Below are positions 24,360 to 34,375 of a DNA stretch of 64,000 nt, in pieces. Under the pieces are notes generated by a model. That model made no database searches, was not told the DNA's origin, and saw nothing but the letters and a program-made list of their open reading frames with translations. Source of the DNA: an uncultured delta proteobacterium (lineage in GTDB: Bacteria > Desulfobacterota > RBG-13-43-22); NCBI GenBank assembly GCA_963843145.1, contig CAWJJC010000022.1:352001-416000 (forward strand). Reading direction: 5' to 3'. The translations under genes and the position numbers were made by a program. How positions within the stretch are numbered: the stretch's first letter is position 1; every line of letters starts with the position of its first letter.

Positions 24360-26484
24360 TTATGAGGATTGGGATTTCTTAAGAAAAGGACTGTTACGAA
24401 AACGATCGGCCAACTCACCCTTCTTGCCTTTATTCCAACCGGAAATCTTGGTGAAATAGCCGGTAATCCGGGTAATGCCGTCCACTTCCGAGGAATGACA
24501 GAGCGGGCAGCGTTCGGTTAGACCCCGGCTGGTCCGACCGCAGTCCCGGCAGGTAGTGAATTCCGGGGAAAAGGCGATCTGATCGTTCTTGGTTTTCCTG
24601 AATGTTTTGACGACGAAACCGGCCAAGGCCACTGGATCCGGCTTGGATTCTCCGATCCAAATGTGGGTCAGTGCCCCGGCCTCGATCAGCGGGTGAAACA
24701 GTCCCTCGTAGCGGACCCGATCAATGGGGTTGATCGGCGCCGAGACGTTGAAAAGGGTGGAATTGGTGTAGTAAATCTCTCCCCGGGAAATATTCCCCTT
24801 AACGACGGCCCGGGCCCGGCCCGGGTATTTTTCCATATCCAGCTTGGCAAAACGGTAGGCCGTGCTTTCCGCCGGAGTCTGTTCCAGAACCAGATGCAGG
24901 CCATGTTTCTGACCGAACCGGTCGGCCACCAATTTCATGTAGGCGATGACTTTTAAGCCAAATTTGATTGACCGGTCGCTGGCCTGGAGTTCCTCCCCGG
25001 TATGGAATTGTACCAACTCGTTTAGGCCCACCATGCCGAGGAGATGCGTGGCCCGGTCCAGACGCAAATAGGGACTGCCATCCCGGTTCATGGTCAGCAG
25101 GGACAGAGGCCCGGTCTCCCCCAGTTGGAGCAGCTTTTGAATGAAAGCCCTTTTCTGAAGATGGGCCTCCACGGCCAGTTCGAGGGTATCGGCCAGTTTG
25201 GAGAAAAGGGCGGTATCTTCTCCTCCGGCCTCATAGGCGATACGGGGCAGGTTGAGGGTCACGTTCTGCAAGGCGCAATACCGCATCCGCCAGGGCTCCT
25301 TGGCATCTTCCAGGTCCCGGGCTTCCAACTTGAAACTCAGCCGGCAGCATTCGGAAATTTTAGCCGTCTGGCCCCGGTCGAAAACGAAGTAGGTGTTACC
25401 CTTCAAAGCAGCTACTTCGCAGATATGATTTAGAAATTCCTGGTGTCCGGGTGTCTCGAAGAATTTCTCGGTAATGTGGACCAGGGGTTTGGGAAAGAAA
25501 AAGGGCCGTCCTGAACCATCTCCTTCTTTAAATACCTCAAAAAGGAGCCAGACGAATTTTTGGGCCAGGGGCAGGTAATCGGCATACGTTTTTCCGGTAT
25601 ATTCTCCCCCGGGCCCGATGGCCGGGACCGATTCAAAATGCTTAGGAATTTCCCAGTAGAGATTGATATCGGTGAAGATGGCCTGCCCTCCCCGGGCCAC
25701 GGCCTGCTGGGAGAATTCAAAAATAAGCATCTGGGCCAACTGTTTGATCTCCTGGTCCGACAACCCTTCCAGGTAGGGGGCAAAGAACAGGTTGACGGCA
25801 TCCCAGCCGATGGCACCGGCGAAATGGCACTGCAGGGCCGCCGCAAACTTGACCATGTGGGCCAGCAGCACTTCCGGGTGTTTGGCCGGTTTGGCCATGG
25901 ACAGGGCGTTGGGCAAGTTCAGGCCGAATTTTTTGATGTATTCCAGAGATTGACCGGAACAATACGGGCGGTCGATAAATCCCAGATCATGGAGATGGAG
26001 ATCGCCGCGCATGTGGGCGTCGCCCACTTCCGGGGAAAAAACGGTCAGCAGGGCGTATTCTTTCTTGATCCCTTCGGCCAGGGTCAGGTTGGTGGCCTCG
26101 GGGCCGTGGGGCACATTGGCGTTTTCCTTGTTGGGGTGGACGATCAACTGGTCCACGTCATACCAGGGGACGCCCAGTCGGGTATGCACGGCGCCGCGGC
26201 TTTTCCAGCCCCCGCTCGACCAGCTTGGCGTTAACCAGTTCCCGGATCAGCGGGGCGGTGACCATGGTGATCCGGGAAGTGAATATCATTTCCTCCACTT
26301 CGCGGCTGATGGCCTCCGCCGTGTCCTCGTCCACCAGCGTTTCCCGAACCAGGGCCTGGACGATGCGCCGGCGGTCCCAGGTAATCAGATCTTCGTCCGA
26401 GGTCCGAACAAACAGGGCCAGATCCGTGGTTTCTCTGGAGGCCGGATCGGCCGACTCGCGGGAAAACTCGATGACAGAACCCAT
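24360..26484 (-). CDS. nrdD: Anaerobic (class III) ribonucleotide reductase with ATP cone; apparent +1 frameshift near 26190
   Basis: ATP-cone ORF 26158-26484 (WDRRRI...IRELVNAKL) joins ORF 24360-26189 (HLHDL, PYC, ECCRL, TPAES, CxxC-CxxC, glycyl-radical RITGY). Confidence 0.9.
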
Positions 26485-26552
26485 GGCAATTCCTTAGTTT
26501 TGGCGGTTAAAAACGAAGCGGACGGCCGACGGGCTGTTTCAACGGACCGGCC

Positions 26553-26604
26553 ATCCTTTATATGGTGGATGACAGAGGTTAAAATACAAGATATGGTATG
26601 TCAA
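26553..26604 (-). promoter_or_regulatory. nrdD promoter with two tandem NrdR boxes
   Basis: Minus strand TTGACA-17-TAACCT; ATACCATATCTTGTAT (26584-26599) and CCACCATATAAAGGAT (26553-26568), 31 bp apart. Confidence 0.75.
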
Positions 26605-26830
26605 GCAAAAAAAAAGAAGCGGGGGCCATTGGCGCTTAAGCCCTCAAAAAGGCAGGCATTTTAGGTGGGGGGCCGGGTGATGGAACCCTTTAGACTGATC
26701 TTTTCAAATAATAACGTTTTTTCTGCTCGAACCCCTGGCAAATCGAATATAATGCTTGTCGGCTTCAGAAAGAGGGATAATCCGGTAAGAAATGGTGACC
26801 GTGAAAAGGAAGGATTCGGGGAAAGGTGGA

Positions 26831-27999
26831 ATGAAAGGGCTTTTCAAAAATAACTTTAGGTGGCGGATAGCCTCTTTGTTTTTATTATCTTTTCTGTTAC
26901 TCGGCGCCTGGGGAGCGAGGATGGGACCTTCCGCCGATAAGGCCCAGCCGGTTTCGAATCACTTTGACGGCAACCGATATTTCAACCCGAATTCACCTTC
27001 CATCATGGGTGAGGGGCCGAAACGGGGGGTTCTGGGATGGGTCTGGCGGTGGATGGTCGGTAACGATTGGCCGCAGTGGCCGAACTTCAAAGATTTCCCA
27101 CCCGGACCACCGCCTTCGGCCCGCGTGCCGAAAGGGACCCTTCGGATTACCTCTGTTGGTCACGCTACTTTCCTGATCCAAATGGATGGGCTCAACCTGC
27201 TGCTGGATCCCATGTGGTCGGACCGCTGCAGTCCGGTATCGTGGGCGGGTCCCCAGCGACACAGCCGGCCGGGCATCCGTTTCGAGGACCTGCCTCCCAT
27301 TGATGCCGTGCTGGTGTCCCACAATCACTACGATCATCTTGATCTGCCCACACTGGAACGTCTCGCGGAAAAAGGCACTCCCCGTAGCATAGTGCCGCTC
27401 GGCAACCGAGACCTGGTTCGAGACAGCGGGCATTCTCATAGTGGACGAGCTCGATTGGTGGCGATCCGTTCAATTGTCTTCAGACGTCATGGTTACCCTG
27501 GTCCCGGCCCAGCACTTTTCATCACGAACGCCTGTGGGACCGTAACCGGGCCCTCTGGGGAGGTTTTGTCGTCTCCGGACCTTCGGGAAATGTCTTTTAT
27601 TCCGGGGATACGGGATATGGCCCCCATTTCCGTGAGATCGCCCGCCGTTTCTCACCCATCCGGGTGGCCATCCTACCGATATCCCCTTTCCAGCCGCAAT
27701 CCCCGGATAACCCTTCTGCCGATCATCGTCTTCGAATCCACATGAGGCCGAGGGAGGCCGTCCAGGCCCACCTGGACCTGGGCGCGCAGGTCAGCATCGC
27801 GGCCCATTACCAGGTGTTCCAGCTTGGACCGGATGGCTTTGACGATGCCGTGCAGGAACTGGCCGCGACAATAAATAGCCGGAATCTAAACCCTGACGCG
27901 TTCATCGTCTTGAGCCCCGGTCAGAGTCGAGAATGGGGTACGCTTTTAACCAAGATAGACAATCCGGTTATTTTTGGAGCACTACCTATTGGAAGATAA
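26831..27999 (+). CDS. MBL-fold metallo-hydrolase (RomA/NAPE-PLD-like), two apparent +1 frameshifts
   Basis: GHATFLIQ, LLDPMWSDR, SHNHYDHLD; after frame correction at ~27429 and ~27531: ELDWW, PAQHFS, LWGGFV, YSGDTGY, HMRPREAVQAH. Confidence 0.8.
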
Positions 28000-28147
28000 T
28001 CGGACGAGTTCATTAGAAGCCGAAAAAGATCCGTAATAAAAAATAAAGAGTTTTAGCAATATTCGTTGATTACGACCCCCCGACATTCCACCTAATCTGA
28101 CGGGAACTCAGGCAAAACAATTGGTGATTAAAAAATTAAGTGACCTG

Positions 28148-29695
28148 TCAATTCGATATGATTGGCAGATAATTCTTGTAGTTCAACGAAGGTTTATCAT
28201 CAAAAGTAGCCGTAAGGGACATGTCACTGCTCATGGTTATCGTGCATTGAGGATCATTGCTAACACAAGCTCCCGACCAGCCGACAAAAATCGAATCGGC
28301 ATCCGGAGTTGCCGTAATGGTTACTGCCGTATCATCATTAAAGGTGGACCCTTCGGGGCTGTTGTTTACCGTACCCCTTCCGGTCCCCTTCTTGGAAATG
28401 CTCAAGGAGTGAGTGGACGAATTAGTTGTTTTATAAATAAAAGTGGCGTTTATCTGGTGATTGGTTCTTACATTTTTGAAAGAATAGGAGCTGACCGTTC
28501 CCACGGAAATCCCGTCCACCTTAACCACACTAATCTGGAAATTTGAAGAGGCATTGATGAGGTAAGTCTGATTTGTACCGTAGGAGACCGTGGTAATTCC
28601 GGCAGGTGTAATGGAGCCATTCGGCCCGGCCAGGGCCGTTAGGCTGTAGGTTTTCAAGGTGAACGAGGCGGTTATCGATTGATTGGCGTCCATGGTCACT
28701 GTGCAGGTGCTGGCTTGGCCACTGCAAGCTCCGCCCCATCCGGAAAATATTGAACTAGAATATGCGGAAGCGGTCAAAGTTACTTTTGTACCTTTTTTGA
28801 AGGTAGTCCCCCCTGGTTTATTGGTCACATTTCCCTGGCCATTTCCGATCTTGGAAATGGATAGAATGTACGCGTCCGCGGATGTTCTGGGCAAGAAGGT
28901 GGCGGACAGGGTGTGGTTGGCCGTGACGGAGGAGAAAGTGTAGGAGGTGACCGCTCCGACCGACACGCCATCCACCAACACATTGGCCACGTTAAATCCC
29001 GTGGCGGGAGTAATGGCATAGGTCTGGCTGCCTCCGTAGTTGACGGTCAGGGACCCGGTGGGACTTACTGTTCCGTTGGCCCCGGCCGAGGCTGTCAGGG
29101 TGAAGGTTTTCAGGGCGAAATTAGCCATTACGGACTGGCTGCCGTTAAGATTCACTGTGCAGGGGTTGGCCGTTCCGCTGCAGGCCCCGTTCCATCCGGT
29201 AAACGTGGAATTGGAATTTGAAGCCGCTGTCAGACTGACCGAGGTAACGCTGCTGAAAGACTCGCTGCAATCGGTTCCGCAGTTGATCCCGGTTCCCGTA
29301 ATCGTACCCGCGCCGGTACCGGCTTGATTGACGGATAGCGAAAAAAGGGTAGTCGAGGGCGTATATTTGACCTCATTGGAAAAGCCACTTTCCATTCCTT
29401 GGGTATTATAAGCGGTTACCGAGAGGAAATAGGTGATATTCTGATCCAGGTTCCCCGCCGTGGCTTGGGTTTGGTTCCCTGTATCTAGAGTCCAGGAGTA
29501 CTGGCGCGATTGAACCCCGAGATAGATTTTATATCCGGCCAGGTCAGGTTCGGTATTTGGATCCCAAGCCAGGGTAACTTCGGCAGAAAAGCCGATGGAT
29601 GAACAGACAAGGTTGAATAAGACGACTGCGGAAAAAGGACCTAATTTGTATAAAATGGGGGAAAGGATCTTTTTGAATCTGGCCTGTAAAAACAA
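28148..29695 (-). CDS. Secreted protein: FN3 domain plus five InlB B-repeat-like domains
   Basis: Signal peptide; VTLAWDPNTEPDLAGYKIY...VTAYN...ESGFSNEV; repeats with LTA...F(T/S)GW.GAC and GSVTP...Y.I...V.VDG.SVG; AAGGAGG RBS before TTG. Confidence 0.82.
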   Translation of the reverse strand: MFLQARFKKILSPILYKLGPFSAVVLFNLVCSSIGFSAEVTLAWDPNTEPDLAGYKIYLGVQSRQYSWTLDTGNQTQATAGNLDQNITYFLSVTAYNTQGMESGFSNEVKYTPSTTLFSLSVNQAGTGAGTITGTGINCGTDCSESFSSVTSVSLTAASNSNSTFTGWNGACSGTANPCTVNLNGSQSVMANFALKTFTLTASAGANGTVSPTGSLTVNYGGSQTYAITPATGFNVANVLVDGVSVGAVTSYTFSSVTANHTLSATFLPRTSADAYILSISKIGNGQGNVTNKPGGTTFKKGTKVTLTASAYSSSIFSGWGGACSGQASTCTVTMDANQSITASFTLKTYSLTALAGPNGSITPAGITTVSYGTNQTYLINASSNFQISVVKVDGISVGTVSSYSFKNVRTNHQINATFIYKTTNSSTHSLSISKKGTGRGTVNNSPEGSTFNDDTAVTITATPDADSIFVGWSGACVSNDPQCTITMSSDMSLTATFDDKPSLNYKNYLPIISN

Positions 29696-29757
29696 TGTTT
29701 CCTCCTTTTTGAGTGATGATGCACGCGTTACGATGGCTTATGGTTATACTGGGATAG

Positions 29758-29773
29758 GCAAAAAATCTGCCAA
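29758..29773 (-). promoter_or_regulatory. sigma54 (-24/-12) promoter of the FN3 gene
   Basis: Minus strand TTGGCAGATTTTTTGC, GG-N10-GC spacing. Confidence 0.7.
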
Positions 29774-29800
29774 TTAGGGGTAAAATAGAAAAGTTTTTAA

Positions 29801-29813
29801 TATCAAACAGTTA
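29801..29813. promoter_or_regulatory. IHF binding site
   Basis: TATCAAACAGTTA is an exact match to WATCAANNNNTTR, just upstream of the -24 element. Confidence 0.65.
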
Positions 29814-29946
29814 TGTTGAAAATGAAATGCGGGACTTAAAGAAGCGGGTGGAGCTCATATTTAATGAATGTTTTTTCATGCAGTCGAACCTGGCTAAAAT
29901 TGACAGGGATAACCTGGACTAGGATTATATTTTTGGAATAGTAGTA

Positions 29947-30578
29947 GTGTCTGCTGTGTAAAACGTATGAGCAGTCGATTAAAGTCCGACCTTGGGAATT
30001 CATTAGCTCGCCCACGTACCTGGGGGGAGGTGTTAATGGTGGCTGGAAGGACTAAGTTCCCCGACCAAGGCTCGGAGAGGGAGCTGAGCAAACCTGTGGG
30101 TTGGAGCGCAAGCGAAGCCGGAAGTAGCCCCGAAATTTTTAAAAAGATTCAGGACATTCAGAGGAAACAATACCGGAAGGCCAAGCAGGAGAAGGAGTAC
30201 CGTTGCTATCTTCTCTATGACAAGGTGTATCGGCTGGACGTCCTGAGCCAGGCCTACCAACTGGTCAAAGCGAACAAGGGAGCGCTGGGCAAAGACGGCG
30301 AAATCTTTGAGCGCCTAGAGGAGACAGGAGGAGGAGTCGAGGAGCATCTGGAAACGATTGCCGGTGAACTTAAGCGAAAATTCTACCAGCCTCAGGCTGT
30401 CCGTGGGCTGTATATACCCAAAGCATCCGGAGGCCGACGACTGCTGGGCATCCCGCTGATCAAGGACAGGGTAGTGCAGATGGCTGTAAAAATAGCGATC
30501 GATCCGATCTTCGAAGTCGATTCTCAGGACAACTCCTACGGATTCAGGCCGGAGCGGAGTGCCCACCAAAGGCAATAA
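29947..30578 (+). mobile_element. Truncated, degenerate group II intron (RT domains 0-2 only)
   Basis: LYDKVYRLDVL..AYQLVKANKGA, Y.PQAVR..YIPK..G.RLLGIP..KDRVVQ, SYGFRP.RSAH then stop; no YADD; possible 5' end GTGTCTGCTGTGTAA. Confidence 0.82.
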
Positions 30579-30584
30579 CTTCAC

Positions 30585-30620
30585 AAAAAGAGGGGGGATC
30601 CGCACATCCCCCCTTTTTTT
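30585..30620. terminator. Bidirectional terminator downstream of dapA
   Basis: AAAAAGAGGGGGGAT-ccgcac-ATCCCCCCTTTTTTT. Confidence 0.8.
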
Positions 30621-30651
30621 ATAGATTAAACGAAAAAATCGTCCCTGAGCA

Positions 30652-31557
30652 TTAACCCTTCAATCGCCCCACGGCGACCAGGTCCTTCCGCAGTTTTTCC
30701 CTATTGGCCGGCTTCATGGGCACCAGGGGAAGGCGCGGCGGGCCGGCCGGAAGGCCCATCATCTGCATGGCTTCTTTGACCGGGACCGGGTTGGTCTCAA
30801 TGAAGAGTGTTTTCACCAAAGGCAGCGTCCGGTAGTGGATCTCCAGCGCCTCGGCGGTTTTACCCTCCTTCATCAGGCGACACATCTGGGTGTATTCTTT
30901 GCCGATCACGTTGGCCACCGCGCTGATGGCGCCGTCTCCGCCCAGGGCCATCATGCCGTAGGTCAGGGCATCCTCCCCGCAGAGGACATAAAAGGTCTTA
31001 CCCCGGCGCTTGGTCCCGGCAATGATCTCCATGGTCTGCCCGAGATCGGCGCAGGCATCCTTGAGGCCGACGATATTATCGATTTCCGCCAGTTGGATGA
31101 TGGTCTGGGGTTCGATGTTTTTCCCGGTACGGCCCGGAATATTATAAATCAGGATGGGCAGCTTGGTGTTTTTGGCGATGGCCTCAAAATGGGCCAGCAT
31201 CCCGTCCATGGTCGGCTTATTGTAGTAGGGGCCTACCTGCAGGGTGGCATCGGCGCCCGCCTCTTCGGCGTGGCGGGTCATCATGATCGCTTCCTGGGTG
31301 CTGTTCGATCCCGTACCGGCAATTACCGGGACCCTCCCCCGGGTTTCCTTGACGGTGATCTCGATGACCTTATTATGTTCCTCGTGGTCCAGTGTGGGCG
31401 ATTCCCCGGTGGTCCCGCAGGGGACCAGTCCGTCCACCTTTTCCTCTTCAATTAAATAATTGATCAAGCGGCGCAGGCCGTCTTCATCCAGAGAAAAATC
31501 GTCCTTAAAGGGTGTTACGAACGGGACATGGCAGCCGGAAAAATCGGTCAAGGCCAT
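30652..31557 (-). CDS. dapA: 4-hydroxy-tetrahydrodipicolinate synthase
   Basis: GTTGESPTL, IAGTGSNST, PYYNKP, YNIPGRTG, GLKDA, ETNPVPVK. Confidence 0.93.
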   Translation of the reverse strand: MALTDFSGCHVPFVTPFKDDFSLDEDGLRRLINYLIEEEKVDGLVPCGTTGESPTLDHEEHNKVIEITVKETRGRVPVIAGTGSNSTQEAIMMTRHAEEAGADATLQVGPYYNKPTMDGMLAHFEAIAKNTKLPILIYNIPGRTGKNIEPQTIIQLAEIDNIVGLKDACADLGQTMEIIAGTKRRGKTFYVLCGEDALTYGMMALGGDGAISAVANVIGKEYTQMCRLMKEGKTAEALEIHYRTLPLVKTLFIETNPVPVKEAMQMMGLPAGPPRLPLVPMKPANREKLRKDLVAVGRLKG

Positions 31558-31700
31558 AAGACACCTCCTTTATTTGGCTTAAACCCTTCGTTTTTGGGTT
31601 AAAAAAACCGCAGGGAGTCATGCCCCACGGCCCTATTAGTTTAGATTTAGCCAAAAGTAGGGGGTCTTGTCAATACTTTATCGTGGAACCGAAGAATCGT

Positions 31701-31746
31701 TTGACTTTTTATCAGGGTTGAGATTATGCTTAAGGCAATTGCTTAA
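31701..31746 (+). promoter_or_regulatory. tetR promoter and candidate operator
   Basis: TTGACT-18-TATGCT followed by imperfect palindrome TTAAGGCAATTGCTTAA. Confidence 0.5.
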
Positions 31747-31772
31747 ATCAACACTCGACAGGCTATGGGAAC

Positions 31773-32378
31773 ATGCCCAAAGAAGAAAAAAGAACCAAGA
31801 TCCGGGAGGCCGCCGCCAGACTCTTTGCCGAGAAAGGCTTTGAAAATACTACTACCCGAGATATTGCCGGGGCCGCGGGGATTAATAATGCCTCTCTGTA
31901 TTATTATTTCGATAGTAAAGAGCAATTACTCTACCAGATCCTGGAGGAAGTCATTCGCACCGGATTGGAACGAATTACCGAAATTGAACAAAGCTCCAGA
32001 CCCTTAAAGGAAAAATTGGCCCTGACCCTCCGAATTCATACCACAGCGGCCGTGGACTTTGATAAAATGAAACTCTTGGTCCATGATCAACGATCGTTGA
32101 GCCCCGGCCATCGGAAAGAGCTAAATCAGAAACAAAGCGAGTATGTGAGCCGGCTTATTGCTATCCTGCAACAGCTCCAGGACCAGGGGGAGATGCTCGA
32201 TATCGACCTGACGGTCTGCGCCTATGCTTTTTTCGGCATGGTCAGTTGGGCCTATCGCTGGTATCGGCCGGACGGGAAAGTGAAATTGGAAGAACTATCC
32301 GAGATATTCTATACGATTTTTACCCAGGGGATCTATCGCGAGCGGGGAACTGGAACAAAGAAGGCAAAACGCAGCTAA
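31773..32378 (+). CDS. TetR/AcrR family regulator (KstR2/PaaR-like C-terminus)
   Basis: AAARLFAEKGFENTTTRDIA...SLYYYFDSKE; W.YRWYRPDG. Confidence 0.9.
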   Translation: MPKEEKRTKIREAAARLFAEKGFENTTTRDIAGAAGINNASLYYYFDSKEQLLYQILEEVIRTGLERITEIEQSSRPLKEKLALTLRIHTTAAVDFDKMKLLVHDQRSLSPGHRKELNQKQSEYVSRLIAILQQLQDQGEMLDIDLTVCAYAFFGMVSWAYRWYRPDGKVKLEELSEIFYTIFTQGIYRERGTGTKKAKRS

Positions 32379-32385
32379 AAAGATA

Positions 32386-32443
32386 TTGACAAAAAGGGGC
32401 TTTTTAATAGAAGGTGGAGCGGAAGGTTAAAGCAAGCGCTCAA
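32386..32443 (+). promoter_or_regulatory. Catabolic operon promoter and candidate TetR operator
   Basis: TTGACA at 32386; TTAAAGCAAGCGCTCAA (32427-32443) matches the tetR-proximal palindrome at 13/17. Confidence 0.5.
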
Positions 32444-32508
32444 ATAAATCCAACACAACGCCCCAATAACCCGTCCTTCGGTTCGGCGGATCTTAATAGA
32501 AACCGTTT

Positions 32509-33393
32509 ATGCCCATAGGCGACCAAGTAGCCCAATTCATTGTTTCCGGCCTAACCACCGGCAGCATCTATGCCCTCATCGCCCTCGGTTTTTGTATTAT
32601 CCATAATGCCACCGGGATTGTGAATTTCACCCAGGTGGATTTCATCACCTTGGGCGGATTGATGATGTATACCTTTTTGCTGGGCCTGGGCCTGCCGCTG
32701 CCCCTGGCCTTCGTATTAGCGGTCATCACCGTTACGCTGGTGGGGGGGTTGGTGGAGCGGTTGGCCATCCGACCGGCCAAGTCCCGCGCGGTCATCGTCC
32801 TGATCTTTATTACCATCGGGGTCTCGATCCTGATGCGCGGGACCTTTAAAGTGATCTGGGGAAAAAACCAGATGGCCGTGCCTCCCTTTAGCGGGGATAC
32901 GCCCTTTATCCTTTTACGGGCCGCGGTGCTGCCTCAAAGCATCTGGATTTTCTTCATCACTTTGGCCGTCGTCATCATCCTCCATCTCTTTTTTAATCAC
33001 AGCTTGACGGGCAAGGCCATGCGGGCCACCTCCTTCAACCCCCGGGCTGCCGCCCTGATGGGGGTCAATGTTAACCGCATGATCTTCCTTTCCTTTGCCC
33101 TGAGCGGGGCCTTGGGGGCCATTGCCGGTATTATTATCGTCCCGATTACCACCTTGTCTTACAATATCGGCGTCATGCTGGGGTTAAAGGGGTTTGCCGC
33201 CGCGGTCTTGGGAGGGTATGGAAATATTATTGGGGCCGTCATCGGCGGCTTGTTATTGGGGGTTTTGGAATCGTTGGGGGCCGGTCTGATCTCTTCCAGC
33301 TATAAAGATGTGCTCGCCTTTATCATCCTGCTCCTGGTTCTGTTTTTGAAGCCGAGCGGCCTGTTAGGCTTCGGCGAAAAGGAACGGGTCTAA
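32509..33393 (+). CDS. Branched-chain amino acid-type ABC permease (LivH-like)
   Basis: GSIYALIALG, GKAMRA, KGFAAAVLGG. Confidence 0.9.
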   Translation: MPIGDQVAQFIVSGLTTGSIYALIALGFCIIHNATGIVNFTQVDFITLGGLMMYTFLLGLGLPLPLAFVLAVITVTLVGGLVERLAIRPAKSRAVIVLIFITIGVSILMRGTFKVIWGKNQMAVPPFSGDTPFILLRAAVLPQSIWIFFITLAVVIILHLFFNHSLTGKAMRATSFNPRAAALMGVNVNRMIFLSFALSGALGAIAGIIIVPITTLSYNIGVMLGLKGFAAAVLGGYGNIIGAVIGGLLLGVLESLGAGLISSSYKDVLAFIILLLVLFLKPSGLLGFGEKERV

Positions 33394-33397
33394 CCTG

Positions 33398-34375
33398 ATG
33401 ATTTGGGGATGGATTAAGAATAAATCCTATTTGGGCTTGCTGCTCCTGGGCCTGATTCTCCTCCTCTTCCCCCTGGTCATCAACAATCCTTATTATTTGA
33501 ACGTAGTCAATATCATCGGCCTGAACACCCTGATCGTGGTGGGGCTCAATCTGCTGATCGGGTATGCCGGCCAGATCTCTCTGGGCCACGCCGCTTTTTA
33601 TGGCCTGGGGGCCTATCTTTCCGGCATTTTGACGGTCAGTTATCATTTTTCTCCCTGGATCGCCATGGGTCTGGCATTGATGGTCACCGGGTTGCTGGCC
33701 TTGCTGATCGGTATTCCTACCCTGAAATTGCACGGCCATTATTTGGTTATGGCCACCCTCGGATTTAATATAATCGTCAATATTGTTATGATCCAGTGGG
33801 ATCAGGTCACCGGCGGTCCTTCCGGGTTTCCCGGGATACCCAACCTGAAAATCGGGAGCCTGGTCTTCGATTCCGACCTAAAGATGTACTATTTGATCTG
33901 GTTCTTTACTTTTGTCGGGATTGCCTTGGCCTTAAACCTGGTTCATTCCCGGGTCGGCCGAGGCCTCCGGGCCTTACACGGCAGCGAAGTGGCCGCCGGT
34001 TCTCTGGGCGTAAATACCGCGGTCTACAAAGTGAAGGTCTTTGTTTTGAGCGCCCTCTATGCCTCCCTGGCCGGGAGCCTCTATGCCCACTATTTGACTT
34101 TTATCAGCCCGAAGACCTTCGATATCTTCTTTTCCATCGAATTGGTGACCATGGTCATCGTCGGTGGTATGGGCAGTATTTGGGGAACCCTTTTCGGGAC
34201 TACCTTCATCACCCCTCTACCGGCGATGCTGCACTTTTTTGATGAATATAAGGATATCTTTTATGGATTAATCCTGGTCTTTATTCTAATCTTTTTACCC
34301 GAAGGGGTGGTGGTCGCCCTTCGAAACCGGTTCCGCAGCGGAAAGCGGAACTTGAGCGGAGCGGATCTCCGGTGA
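33398..34375 (+). CDS. Branched-chain amino acid-type ABC permease (LivM-like)
   Basis: GYAGQISLGHAAF, SRVGRGLRA, MVIVGGMGS. Confidence 0.9.
   Translation: MIWGWIKNKSYLGLLLLGLILLLFPLVINNPYYLNVVNIIGLNTLIVVGLNLLIGYAGQISLGHAAFYGLGAYLSGILTVSYHFSPWIAMGLALMVTGLLALLIGIPTLKLHGHYLVMATLGFNIIVNIVMIQWDQVTGGPSGFPGIPNLKIGSLVFDSDLKMYYLIWFFTFVGIALALNLVHSRVGRGLRALHGSEVAAGSLGVNTAVYKVKVFVLSALYASLAGSLYAHYLTFISPKTFDIFFSIELVTMVIVGGMGSIWGTLFGTTFITPLPAMLHFFDEYKDIFYGLILVFILIFLPEGVVVALRNRFRSGKRNLSGADLR

Noticed and set aside
29967-30578. Retron, DGR or CRISPR-associated RT
   Set aside because: Motifs are group II intron-like, the RT is truncated, and there are no accessory genes, TR/VR pair or array
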